A stretch of DNA of 31,376 nt from a virus, in the UHGV virus genome UHGV-0241516; one strand, written 5' to 3'. Both the position numbers and the translations under genes were made by a program. Positions within the stretch are counted from its first letter, which is position 1. Each line of letters opens with the position of its first letter. The notes below the pieces were generated by a model. It saw only the letters and a program-made list of their open reading frames with translations, had not been told where the DNA came from and did not search any database. Below are positions 19,626-27,750 of the stretch, piece after piece.

Positions 19626-19993
19626 CATAACCTCCACTGAATGAAAAGGTTAGTTTATCGTAAGTGAACATCACTGGCACTATCTAAAGATTAGCTGCTC
19701 TACTAGTTGTACTCTCGATAATCTAAACAAAATGATACGTAATAAACCTGTTCATGACTAGCTCTACTAGACACATGTTTAATCATCTACAAACGATTTG
19801 TACAAACTTCCACTTTCATATTGGTCCAAAATGTTGGACTAATAGTTAATCACGATGCATATTTTATGTAAGCTGCTACATTACACTATAAAAACGCTGG
19901 CGTCTGAATTTAAGCCCATAAGTTTTATAAAATTATCATAATACACAGCTTTATTAGGCGCATTCGCACTGATAATGAAAAATATAACTCGAG

Positions 19994-20266
19994 CTATTTG
20001 TCTTTCGAATGCAAAATAGCGCGCCGTGATTCAATCTTTCTGATTCCAGTTTTATCAAAATTACATTGTCCCAAGGCTGACAATAGAGCAACATTCAACT
20101 CCAGACTGGTACCATACGTCAGCGGATTGGGTATAAACGGTACAGGAGTATCAGAAGTCAGGCTGGCTGGCAGTGGTGCCACCGGAGCGCTCACGTAAAC
20201 CGTTCGCGAATTTCCGCAACCGGTCAGCAGCGGCAGCAGGCACAGGACGTGAAGCACAATCATCAT
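19994..20266 (-). CDS. Rz1-like o-spanin lipoprotein (+1 frame, overlapping Rz 3' end)
   Basis: ATG ATG at 20266-20261. Signal peptide with lipobox LLTGC, Pro-rich mature part. Overlaps the last ~115 nt of Rz and extends past its stop. Confidence 0.65.
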   Translation of the reverse strand: MMIVLHVLCLLPLLTGCGNSRTVYVSAPVAPLPASLTSDTPVPFIPNPLTYGTSLELNVALLSALGQCNFDKTGIRKIESRRAILHSKDK

Positions 20267-20543
20267 CCGCAACAGCCACTTTGATATCTTCCTGGGTTCT
20301 CTGTGACTCCAGTGCGATCTGCTGTTTTGCATGCTGGTTAACCTCTATAACTGTATTGACGATTTGCAGTGATTGCAGGACGTTACGGGTAATGGCTGTT
20401 GCAGATTCAACATTTTGTACAGCCTCATCAGCACGTTTCTTTTCGTGCTGATATTTGCTGTAGTAGTGGTTGGCAGACCAGATGAAAGAACCGATGACAG
20501 TAAAGAAGAATGCAGCGATAACCAGCTTATAGCTCAACTTCAT
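20151..20543 (-). CDS. Rz-like i-spanin
   Basis: 130 aa with N-terminal TM helix and coiled-coil periplasmic domain. Immediately follows the endolysin. Confidence 0.8.
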   Translation of the reverse strand: MKLSYKLVIAAFFFTVIGSFIWSANHYYSKYQHEKKRADEAVQNVESATAITRNVLQSLQIVNTVIEVNQHAKQQIALESQRTQEDIKVAVADDDCASRPVPAAAADRLRKFANGLRERSGGTTASQPDF

Positions 20544-21003
20544 TTACCACCCCACCAGCCTCTTTAAACCGGGAAATCAGGTCACCGATTTTATGTTCAT
20601 ACTGACCGTAACCTGCACCAGGTAACGACGCCCAGATATTGCTGCAACGATCGATAGCCTGACGGATATCACCGCGATCAATCATCGGTAAAGCGCCACG
20701 CTCTTTAATCTGCTGCAATGCCACTGCGTCCTGGCTTTTGGGGGAGAAGTCTTTCAAACCAAGCTGTTTACGGTAAGCATCCCACCAGCGTGAAAGAAGC
20801 TGATAACGTCCGGCGGCTGTTGATTTGAGTTTGGGGTTTAACGTGACAAGTTTGCGAGGGTGATCAGAGTAATCAGTAAACAGTTCGCCGCCAACAATAA
20901 CATCATAACCGTGGTTACGTGTCGGTTGTCGCCCGTTATCCGTTCCTTCTGACCATGCAACCATATCCAGGAAAGCTTTACGCTGGGAATTTAGTACCTG
21001 CAT
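20527..21003 (-). CDS. R: Endolysin, lambda R-like lytic transglycosylase
   Basis: 158 aa, near-identical over most of its length to lambda R as recalled (…QRKAFLDM.AWSEGTDNGRQ.TRNHGYDVIVGGELFTDYSDHPRKLVTLNPKLKST…). Confidence 0.95.
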   Translation of the reverse strand: MQVLNSQRKAFLDMVAWSEGTDNGRQPTRNHGYDVIVGGELFTDYSDHPRKLVTLNPKLKSTAAGRYQLLSRWWDAYRKQLGLKDFSPKSQDAVALQQIKERGALPMIDRGDIRQAIDRCSNIWASLPGAGYGQYEHKIGDLISRFKEAGGVVNEVEL

Positions 21004-21006
21004 AAA

Positions 21007-21342
21007 TTACTCCTTCGAGCTACCAAACTTGTTACCGATTACTCTCATTGCAGCCCCACGAATAGCATCGACACCGATCAGCCCCACCCCACCACCAATG
21101 GCAACAGAAAGCGATTTAGGCCATCCGACATACTCAAGCGCGGATGCAAAGGTCAACGTCAGAGCGCCACATAGCAAAATCTCGAGCGTTTTTCGCTTCC
21201 AGCCACCACCACCGCCAAAATAGGCGATGCGCAAACCAGCCATAACAATCGACATAATCACTGCGCCCAGCGGCGTATCTCCACGCCACCAGCTCTGAAA
21301 CAACTCCAGCCAGTCCGGCCAGGTATTTGGGTTATGAGGCAT
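21007..21342 (-). CDS. Putative holin (three predicted TM segments)
   Basis: Chosen start ATG at 21342 has GAGGTGAGAG ~9 nt upstream. The ORF track's longer frame starts at 21438 and overlaps the methyltransferase. Directly upstream of the endolysin. Confidence 0.6.
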   Translation of the reverse strand: MPHNPNTWPDWLELFQSWWRGDTPLGAVIMSIVMAGLRIAYFGGGGGWKRKTLEILLCGALTLTFASALEYVGWPKSLSVAIGGGVGLIGVDAIRGAAMRVIGNKFGSSKE

Positions 21343-21418
21343 TTCGTCATCTCTCACCTCGCGATATTTGCGGGTGCTGTGTTGGAAATAAAAAGGCCAC
21401 GCAACGTGGCCACCAGAA

Positions 21419-22471
21419 TTATTTCCCCACCAGTTCACTTACCTCTTTCACCGTCTGATTAAACCGCTCTGACTCAAGTTCAACACCTAACGCCCGACGC
21501 CCCAGCGCCATTGCCGCTTTTATTGTGGAACCGGATCCCATAAAGAAATCAGCAACCAGATCGCCTTGTCGACTACTGGCACTGATTATTTGCCGGAGCA
21601 TATCCGCAGGCTTCTCACACGGATGTTTACCCGGGTAGAACTGAACGGGTTTATGCGTCCAGACGTCGGTATAAGGCACGGAAACTGATACGGAGAAATA
21701 GCGCCGGAGAGTTTTAAACTCATCCAGCAATTCATAATATTTGCGATTCAGTGAATCATAAGATGCCACCAGCTGGTGGTGTGGTTGTTCCAGTTGTTGT
21801 TCCTGAAACTTCTCTGCCGCTATACGGGAAAACAGTGCCTGCAACTTCCGGTAGTCAGCCTCATTCGGCAACTGCCACTGACTGGCACCAAACCAGTGGG
21901 AAACCATATTTTTCTTACCAGTGGCTTCGGCAATCTGTTTTGCCGTTATACCCAGTTCGGCACGAGCATCCCTGAAATACGATATCAGCGGTGCCATTAT
22001 GTGCTGTTTGAGTTCCCTTTCTTTTGCCGCATAGCCGTCACTTTTGCCGCGATATGGCCCCTGGTAATGTTCAGCAAACAGAACGCGCTCTGTGGCAGGA
22101 AAATATGCGCGCAGACTTTCTTTATTACACCCATTCCAACGTCCGGACGGCTTCGCCCAGATGATATGGTTAAGCACGTTGAAACGTTCACGCATCATGA
22201 TCTCAATATCAGATGCCAGGCGATGCCCACAGAACAGGTAAAGGCTTCCGGCAGGTTTCAACACCCGCCAGAACTGGGCCAGACAGTGGTCCAGCCACTT
22301 AAGGTAATCTTCGTCCCCTTTCCACTGATTGTCCCAGCCGTTGGGTTTCACCTTGAAGTAAGGCGGATCGGTAACAATCAGGTCAATGGAATCATCAGGC
22401 AGGGACTGAATAAAATGCAGGCAATCAGCGTTGATTAAATCAACACTGTTTATTTTTACAGTATTTTTCAT
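21419..22471 (-). CDS. DNA methyltransferase, beta-class (N6A or N4C), orphan
   Basis: 350 aa. DPPY (motif IV) near the N-terminus and FFMGSGST (motif I) near the C-terminus. No restriction partner seen. Confidence 0.8.
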   Translation of the reverse strand: MKNTVKINSVDLINADCLHFIQSLPDDSIDLIVTDPPYFKVKPNGWDNQWKGDEDYLKWLDHCLAQFWRVLKPAGSLYLFCGHRLASDIEIMMRERFNVLNHIIWAKPSGRWNGCNKESLRAYFPATERVLFAEHYQGPYRGKSDGYAAKERELKQHIMAPLISYFRDARAELGITAKQIAEATGKKNMVSHWFGASQWQLPNEADYRKLQALFSRIAAEKFQEQQLEQPHHQLVASYDSLNRKYYELLDEFKTLRRYFSVSVSVPYTDVWTHKPVQFYPGKHPCEKPADMLRQIISASSRQGDLVADFFMGSGSTIKAAMALGRRALGVELESERFNQTVKEVSELVGK

Positions 22472-22621
22472 GGATCAGTAAGCGTAACTCTGGTAGGCTC
22501 ACTCTGCTTTTGCGCTAAAGCAGTGGGCCGTGGTTCGCTTGTGACCAGTAGGCATGAGCGAATGGCTGGCAGGTGCTACCAACACCCACCAGCCGCCCAT
22601 TTTCACAGCAGGAAACCGCCA

Positions 22622-22849
22622 TTACTGGCAGCGTCTGAATTTATTCCCGTACCCGCCGTTATCCTTCGCCAGACCCGCCAGAACTAACTGAGTCAGTATT
22701 AACTGGCACCGGGCTTCGCTTACTCCGGTAGTTCTCGTCATCATGCGTGGCGTTACCCACTTGTCAGCAGGTAAGAAATGAAGGACTGCGGCGGCGGTTT
22801 CTGTCATATCTTGCTGTTTTAGCATGTCTTTTTCCCTTCTGGTTAACAT
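22622..22849 (-). CDS. Small hypothetical protein (75 aa), possible winged-helix
   Basis: ATG at 22849-22847 with weak RBS. Function unknown; could be spurious. Confidence 0.4.
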   Translation of the reverse strand: MLTRREKDMLKQQDMTETAAAVLHFLPADKWVTPRMMTRTTGVSEARCQLILTQLVLAGLAKDNGGYGNKFRRCQ

Positions 22850-22946
22850 GACATACCAATAACTCTTGTCTAAAAAGCCAGCAAGATAAAAAGTCAGTAT
22901 TCACGACCACCAGCGTGTTTACTGTGCTGCACCAAGTTTACAGGTA

Positions 22947-22972
22947 CAAAAAAACCGCTCAGCGGCGGGTTT
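22947..22972 (-). terminator. Terminator-like hairpin with T7 tract on the minus strand
   Basis: Minus strand reads AAACCCGCCGCTGAGCGG followed by TTTTTTT (plus A-run 22948-22954). Stem is short. Could be tR'-like. Confidence 0.35.
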
Positions 22973-23144
22973 AAGTTGTGTGGCGAAGTAACCACTCTTA
23001 ACACAGTAATCTAGAAAATGCGGACCGCGTTAGTGATTTTTATCTGTTTTTCCATTATTTTTTTGCCACACAGCTTAAAACGAAAAATAAAGCAGGCGTT
23101 GCCAAACCTCACGGTGACAGTTGGCTTAGAATGAGGACATATTT

Positions 23145-24164
23145 TTGGATAAGTTTGATGAGATTCATGTAGACATTGAATCTGAGCAGCAAGCCTTCGA
23201 TTTGCTTGAAAGCTATCTTGATGGTTATGGTTTACCTGACAGTTTAAGTTTCAACGGATGGCCAAACCTTACCATCAGATTAACCGGTGAAAAATTCAAC
23301 AGATCGCTAACACCTTCAGTTATGAAGGGATTTGTTGAAATGCAAGCTCAAATCAACAAATCATATGCCCTTGCCAAGTACGGTGTCCCTGACGTCCGCA
23401 AACTGACCAAAGAAGAACTTGATGCCCTAGAAATAGAAGTTACGGTAGAACAGGGTTCTTCAATAGTAGAAATCAACATTGATGGCTTTTTAACCAAACT
23501 CACACAGGAACTTGTTGGTAAAATGAACGCAACTGAGATCATGTTTACTGTTCTCGGCGCAGCAGTCATCTGGGGCGGAGTAACAGTATTTAAACGGTTC
23601 TTGGACAACCGTAAAGATATTCGCCTTGCAGAAATTGCTAAGGATGGAGAGAAAGAACATCTCCGGACTATGCAGATCATGAGCGAGCAAGAAACTAAAC
23701 GCCTGCGGGTTATTTCAGAAATGATTGCGGAAAAACCACTTCTCGATAACATGGACCGTATGTCGTATGACGCTAAAACCCAAATGGTCAAATCCTTTGT
23801 GCGTTCAGATAACGCTCAAATTGATGGCGTTACTATTGATTCTGAAATGGCGAAAGAGTTGGTTACGAATGCTCGTAGACGTTCATCAGAAATGAGGATT
23901 GATGGTATTTACCGAATTGAAGAAGTCAATAATACTGACCCAGAGAGTTTCAAAGTTAAGGTCCGACGCGTAGATACCGACCAACGTCTAACCTGCGTAG
24001 TTCAGGATGTTTTCCTTGATGAATCCGGAAACAAAGAAGCATTGCAGCGAGCTGAGTGGGAAAGAAAGCCTGTACATTTGAGCATTAACGCAAAACACGT
24101 CGATGGTGACATTAAGTCAGCAGTAATTCTCTATGTTCGAGATGTGGAACAAAAGCCCGAGTAA
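23145..24164 (+). CDS. Moron: 339-aa protein of unknown function with a central predicted TM helix, opposite strand to the prophage
   Basis: TTG start at 23145 with GAGGA 7 nt upstream; no in-frame ATG upstream after the stop at 23127-23129. Hydrophobic IMFTVLGAAVIWGGVTVF mid-protein. Lower GC than flanks. Ends 14 bp from the convergent Q stop. Confidence 0.7.
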   Translation: MDKFDEIHVDIESEQQAFDLLESYLDGYGLPDSLSFNGWPNLTIRLTGEKFNRSLTPSVMKGFVEMQAQINKSYALAKYGVPDVRKLTKEELDALEIEVTVEQGSSIVEINIDGFLTKLTQELVGKMNATEIMFTVLGAAVIWGGVTVFKRFLDNRKDIRLAEIAKDGEKEHLRTMQIMSEQETKRLRVISEMIAEKPLLDNMDRMSYDAKTQMVKSFVRSDNAQIDGVTIDSEMAKELVTNARRRSSEMRIDGIYRIEEVNNTDPESFKVKVRRVDTDQRLTCVVQDVFLDESGNKEALQRAEWERKPVHLSINAKHVDGDIKSAVILYVRDVEQKPE

Positions 24165-24178
24165 TCGGGCTTCAATAA

Positions 24179-24556
24179 TCAATCTTTAATTTCGGGGTCC
24201 ATCTCTAGACTAATTTCCAGCATCGATAGGCAGCCATCAATAAACCCCTCAGCCATCTGTATCTCAATGCGTATTAGTTTCTCATCCTTTTTACGAGCCT
24301 TGGCGAGCTTTCTTTTAGAGATACCGTATAGGTAATGGGCAACAAGAAGCGAATGTTCGTCCGGCCTTTTTTGCCTTAGACGAGCAAGACAACCTTCAAT
24401 AATTAATGCATCACTATCTGAACATGCCTGACGTGTTTTGCTTGTATAGGGAAGAAGCCCTTTAAACCCAGCAGCTATAGGAGAATAGTCTACTCCTGAA
24501 CTATCACTCGCCGCCCATGCTCCCCAACGATCCAGAACCATTTGAATATCACGCAT
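24179..24556 (-). CDS. Late-gene antiterminator Q (QuuD-like)
   Basis: Preferred ATG at 24556 with GGAGA 6 nt upstream. MRDIQMVLDRWGAWAA…IAAGFKGL… matches the QuuD-like Q N-terminus as recalled. Upstream of the lysis cassette. Confidence 0.7.
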   Translation of the reverse strand: MRDIQMVLDRWGAWAASDSSGVDYSPIAAGFKGLLPYTSKTRQACSDSDALIIEGCLARLRQKRPDEHSLLVAHYLYGISKRKLAKARKKDEKLIRIEIQMAEGFIDGCLSMLEISLEMDPEIKD

Positions 24557-24573
24557 CAACTTTCTCCACAAAA

Positions 24574-25569
24574 TCAGGCCAGCACGCCAATTGCCAGCGC
24601 ACGATCGATAAAACGAAATATCAGCTCCAACTGAGAGCCATACTTTTCTTCAAATACCACGGTATCCGCATGCAGCTCGTCGTGATGCTTTCTGCACAAA
24701 GGCAGCACGAAGAGGTCATGCGCTTTTGTACCCATTCCACCCTGACCGTGGCCTATCAGGTGGTGGGGATCATCTGCAGGCTTTCCACAACATGCACACG
24801 GCTGCGTCTTAACCCAGCGCGTGTACTTTTCGTTAACCCAGCGGCGACGTTTGGGACGTAACATAAAAGACTCCGGCGACTCCGGATCCACTTTCAGCGC
24901 CAGCACCTTTTTCGCTTTATCCTGGATGATGCTGGTGGCAGGAACCGAAGGCACAAGGTCACTTTCCCGGGTGACAGACGGCACAACAGGCTTCGGTAAT
25001 CTCAGTGCCTTACGGGCTGCGCTTTCCGGTAAGGCATCCGCCAGGTCATTACGAACCAGCCACCAGCACAGTTCCGGCATTGTCACAACGTGACTGTCAT
25101 CAAAACCGAGATCCCGACGCACGACAGACAACACCCAGCGGGCACAGTTATCCGTTGCCATTGATTCCAGCCGTTCCGTGAATTGATCGCGCAGCTGGTT
25201 ATCGCAGTGCCAGCACAGACGGATTGCGCCCGGAGCATGTCGCATTGTGGTCATGTTCTCGCTGTGCCAGCCGGAATGAGGCCACTGACAGCCTTTTTCA
25301 CGAAGTAACCAGCTTTCAAGACATTCCACGCCACCAGCACGACGGATCACTGCCTCATTACGGAACACGGCCCGAACGGCAGGATCATCCGCCAGTGGTT
25401 GTGATGCCGCCGGAACGGCACCACTGGCAAAAGATGAATAACGTTCCGGCTCAGGCTCCAGCAGGACACGCCCCTGCATAAACAGGGGCATCAGCTCTGA
25501 ACCAGGCCTGAATAATACGATCCCCATACGCGGGGCAATTTCAGGGGTCAGTAGTGCTCTCACGGTCAC
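24574..25569 (-). CDS. DUF968-like protein with C-terminal HNH-type motif
   Basis: 331 aa. C-terminus CACCGKP…HHLIGHGQGG…CRKHHDELH is HNH/zinc-finger-like. GTG start is uncertain. Confidence 0.6.
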   Translation of the reverse strand: MTVRALLTPEIAPRMGIVLFRPGSELMPLFMQGRVLLEPEPERYSSFASGAVPAASQPLADDPAVRAVFRNEAVIRRAGGVECLESWLLREKGCQWPHSGWHSENMTTMRHAPGAIRLCWHCDNQLRDQFTERLESMATDNCARWVLSVVRRDLGFDDSHVVTMPELCWWLVRNDLADALPESAARKALRLPKPVVPSVTRESDLVPSVPATSIIQDKAKKVLALKVDPESPESFMLRPKRRRWVNEKYTRWVKTQPCACCGKPADDPHHLIGHGQGGMGTKAHDLFVLPLCRKHHDELHADTVVFEEKYGSQLELIFRFIDRALAIGVLA

Positions 25570-25570
25570 C

Positions 25571-26368
25571 TCAATGAACGGTATCGAGCAGCTTTAACAG
25601 CTCAGGGAATCGGGATTCGAAGAAATGCGGCTGCGTCTCGCGCGGATTTGCAGGACTGGTAATGTTCTTGCCGAACATGCAGCCTTTCGCCGTCAGCGAC
25701 CAGAATTTTTTGATGTTGTTAATCGCGGTACGGCTGTATCGTTCGCGTTGTTCAACGATCCCCAGCTTCGCCATCTGGTGATATGCCTGATTAGCTGTCA
25801 GGCGGATACCATACTGCCTCAGCAGTGCACTCAGTGACAGCGTGGGGCGGCTTGAGCCATCAGGCGCGTCAGCAGGAGCATCAATGGCATAGCGCGGTGC
25901 CAGATTCGGTAAGCCAACAGCCTCCTGGAGTTTCTGACAGGCACCAAGCACTGAAGAGTTAGACAGGTTTAATTCCCGGCGCATAAAGTCCAGCAGAATC
26001 ACACCAGCCTGCATCTTGTCAGCAGCCTGTCCGGATAATTTTTCCGGTGCGCTGGTTACCATGTCGAAAGTACGGATCACCTTCAGATGGAATGACGGGC
26101 TGATCCACATTGCATAGGCATACACCAGTTCTTTGCAGACATACGTCCCCTGGTTATTTCCGCCACGAATAACGTTAACTGGCTCTATATTGACCGAGTT
26201 GCAAATCTGCAACTCGCTTATTAAACGTTCAGTTTGCTCATTGCGGAGCCAGAATGCAGGCTTATGCTTATCCAGAGAACCGGCAGCCCTGTGCAGATCG
26301 TTCAGGCTGTAACGTCCATAAGCATCACGACGAACTTCAATACCATCAATGACCATCAGATTATTCAT
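25571..26368 (-). CDS. KilA-N domain protein
   Basis: Preferred ATG at 26368 with GAGGAG 9 nt upstream. N-terminal MNNLMVIDGIEVRRDAYGRYSLNDLHRAAG… is KilA-N-like. Confidence 0.7.
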   Translation of the reverse strand: MNNLMVIDGIEVRRDAYGRYSLNDLHRAAGSLDKHKPAFWLRNEQTERLISELQICNSVNIEPVNVIRGGNNQGTYVCKELVYAYAMWISPSFHLKVIRTFDMVTSAPEKLSGQAADKMQAGVILLDFMRRELNLSNSSVLGACQKLQEAVGLPNLAPRYAIDAPADAPDGSSRPTLSLSALLRQYGIRLTANQAYHQMAKLGIVEQRERYSRTAINNIKKFWSLTAKGCMFGKNITSPANPRETQPHFFESRFPELLKLLDTVH

Positions 26369-26387
26369 ACTTCGTTTCTCCTCTTGA

Positions 26388-26777
26388 TCAGGCGGCTGCA
26401 CCCGCCGTTTTCTCGTACTTACTGATAGTGATCTCGACCTTCCCTTCCGGGATAACCGGTCCCCACTCCACCAGCATTCTTTTCACCTGGCTGTCGTCTT
26501 CCCACACACCCGCGTGGGTCAGGGCGTCAAACAGTGCCTTGTTATAGTTGTCCAGATCGCGGATCCGGTTATCCGGAGGAAACAACACGATCTCCACTGA
26601 AGCAGGTGCCGACGTTGGTTTTGGCAGACGACGTAACTGCTCAACTATTGCTGCACACGCCGCGCTCTGAAATTTTCGCCCCGCCGCGCTTATCAGGCTC
26701 TTACCAGCAAATGCCCCTTTGTTGGGGTGTCGCCAGTACGTGTTCACGCTGGGCGGGAAAGGAAGGATCAACTTCAT
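26388..26777 (-). CDS. rusA: RusA Holliday-junction resolvase
   Basis: 129 aa with RusA-like motifs (…PPSVNTYWRH…RDLDNYNKALFDALTHAGVWEDDSQV…). ATGA overlap with the upstream gene. Confidence 0.85.
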   Translation of the reverse strand: MKLILPFPPSVNTYWRHPNKGAFAGKSLISAAGRKFQSAACAAIVEQLRRLPKPTSAPASVEIVLFPPDNRIRDLDNYNKALFDALTHAGVWEDDSQVKRMLVEWGPVIPEGKVEITISKYEKTAGAAA

Positions 26778-27100
26778 ACTTTCAGGCCCCTCTCATGTAA
26801 CCAGTGGGCTGCACGCAGCCTGGCGTTTTCCTCACCGGCAAGCAGTGAGCGGATAATCCCGACCGCCTCGCTGTCGTCGTCCTTCACCGCGGTATGAAGC
26901 GTGATGCCCCGGGCCACGCCACGCTTTATCGTGATGACGCCTTTTTTCTCCAGTGCGCGAAGATGCTCCACCGCTGCATTCACTGAACGGTATCCCAGCA
27001 TGGTTGCCACCTCCTGATTGGTTGGCGGGAAGCCACGTTCTTTCTGATAAGAAATCAGCATATCCAGCACCTGCTGCTGGCATTGAGTTAACGTCGTCAT
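26774..27100 (-). CDS. LexA N-terminal DNA-binding-domain-like protein, no peptidase domain
   Basis: 108 aa. Residues ~6-65 parallel the LexA wHTH (TxxQQxVLDxI…GxPPTxxEVAxxLGYRSxNAAxEHLxALxKKGVIxI). Ends long before any S24 domain could fit. Confidence 0.6.
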   Translation of the reverse strand: MTTLTQCQQQVLDMLISYQKERGFPPTNQEVATMLGYRSVNAAVEHLRALEKKGVITIKRGVARGITLHTAVKDDDSEAVGIIRSLLAGEENARLRAAHWLHERGLKV

Positions 27101-27750
27101 GCCGCCATCTCCCTGACCAGTTTTTCTGCCTGCTGGCGAACCTGCGCCAGAAAGGCCTCACCACATGCCTCAAGTTCATCGCGCCCGATGTAGCTGATTG
27201 CCGGTCCCTTCCAGGTCTTGTCGAAAACAGCAATAGCACCAGCGAAGAAAGCGCCTGTCGGCACCTGCTTCTCATCCTTCGGGATAAACCAGGCAGGCAG
27301 TTCAAAACCAATACGCCCGCGAATAAAAGCAATATGATCTGCATCTTCCGGCCACCACACTTCGCTGGTGGCAGCTTTGATCAGGAAAACATAGCGCCCG
27401 CCTTTATCACGCATGGCACTGGCATGCTTCATGATGTAACGCATGCCGGTGATGTATTGCCCCTCATGCTGACTGGCGCGGCTGTATGGGGGATTACCAA
27501 AGGCAGCACCTTTAAGCTCCGCAAGGCGTTCTGACCAGTCATGCGCCAGCGCGTTGTCTTCCGCCGTGTAATACGCAGCACATTTGGCGTTATCACCGTC
27601 AGTGAACAGATCCAGAACAAACGGGCCAAACAGGGTGTTAATTCCCCAGAAAATGTTGTCCGGCGTGCGCCACTGATCGCCCACTTCCTTCAGTTCATGG
27701 GCTGGTTTGTTCCGCAGTTCCGCCAGCGCCTGGCAATATTTATTACTCAT
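27097..27750 (-). CDS. Phage Dam-like N6-adenine methyltransferase
   Basis: ATG at 27750 overlaps the upstream stop (TAATG). NPPY motif (GNPPYSRA). Confidence 0.8.
   Translation of the reverse strand: MSNKYCQALAELRNKPAHELKEVGDQWRTPDNIFWGINTLFGPFVLDLFTDGDNAKCAAYYTAEDNALAHDWSERLAELKGAAFGNPPYSRASQHEGQYITGMRYIMKHASAMRDKGGRYVFLIKAATSEVWWPEDADHIAFIRGRIGFELPAWFIPKDEKQVPTGAFFAGAIAVFDKTWKGPAISYIGRDELEACGEAFLAQVRQQAEKLVREMAA

Noticed and set aside
21776-22438. 220-aa plus-strand ORF antisense to the methyltransferase
   Set aside because: Completely nested in the methyltransferase gene, which has clear catalytic motifs. The antisense frame has none.
22472-22621. Possible tRNA or small RNA in the gap upstream of the methyltransferase
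   Set aside because: Only a single 7-bp-stem hairpin (22504-22523). No cloverleaf, no T-loop-like GTTCxAxxC motif, no terminator.
26832-27534. ORFs 26832-27344 (-) and 26953-27534 (+) overlapping the LexA-like and Dam-like genes
   Set aside because: Alternate-frame or antisense artefacts. The translationally coupled gene chain explains the region better.
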